64,000 nt of DNA, taken from Squalus acanthias. Its lineage: Eukaryota. The notes beneath the pieces are model-generated. The model was not told the DNA's origin. It did not search any database and saw nothing but the letters and a program-made list of their open reading frames with translations. Shown in pieces: positions 63,588-64,000 of this stretch. The DNA is taken from the NCBI GenBank assembly GCA_030390025.1, contig CM059446.1, positions 15,500,001-15,564,000 of the forward strand. The letters are read 5' to 3'. How positions within the stretch are numbered: position 1 is the first letter of the stretch; each line of letters starts with the position of its first letter. A program made the translations under genes and the position numbers.

Positions 63588-64000
63588 TCCTGGGTGAGAG
63601 AGGGGAAAATCAGCTATGGCTCTCACTGGAGTGGACATTAGGTGAGAACAGCATTGAGTTTGGCTATAATGGCTAAATAGTAGGAAACACTCATTGGTGA
63701 AGGATCACACTTGGTGAGGTAGCTGAGGATGACCATCACTGTAGAACCAAATCCCAGCAAGGTGTTCACACCTTTAAGAGGGTAGGGGAGAGGAGAAAAT
63801 TGGTTGAGAAAACTTGTGAAAGAAAAAAAGTTAAAATATCCCTTTTATTTAAGAAGTTGTTGGGAGAAAATATAAAATGAAATGCTCTTGCCTCAGGGAA
63901 AAAGTGCCTCTGACAAGTCTTCCTATTAGCTCCAAGAAAGAAAAAAGGGGAGAAATGCCAGCATCTAGATCCTACATTGGGAGGAAAAGTATATTGTAAA

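Overview
This is vertebrate genomic DNA, most likely from a cartilaginous fish (shark); that is inferred from the repeat families present (CR1, L2, SacSINE1/DeuSINE-like, Penelope, Harbinger). The window lies inside a + strand KAT6B (MORF/MYST4) histone acetyltransferase gene. Six GT-AG coding exons (38592-38700, 46073-46188, 48691-48772, 54271-54403, 59775-60664, 61409-61530) splice in frame and encode the double PHD finger and the Ser-rich region before the MYST domain. Bases 1-38591 appear to be the 3' part of one large intron. The introns are dense with transposons: a young 5'-truncated CR1 with an intact 2.3 kb reading frame and a 9-bp TSD nested in a Harbinger derivative, a second Harbinger derivative nested in an old CR1, a pogo/Tigger MITE, and four Penelope-like insertions. 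The most notable signals are minimal hammerhead ribozyme motifs in the Penelope pLTRs (one intact copy is sense to the KAT6B pre-mRNA, with an antisense twin nearby) and two in-phase internal splice donors in the large exon that match the known human MORF isoform pattern. I found no clearly novel biological system. Most short ORFs in the track are spurious or transposon remnants, and boundaries of old repeats are approximate.
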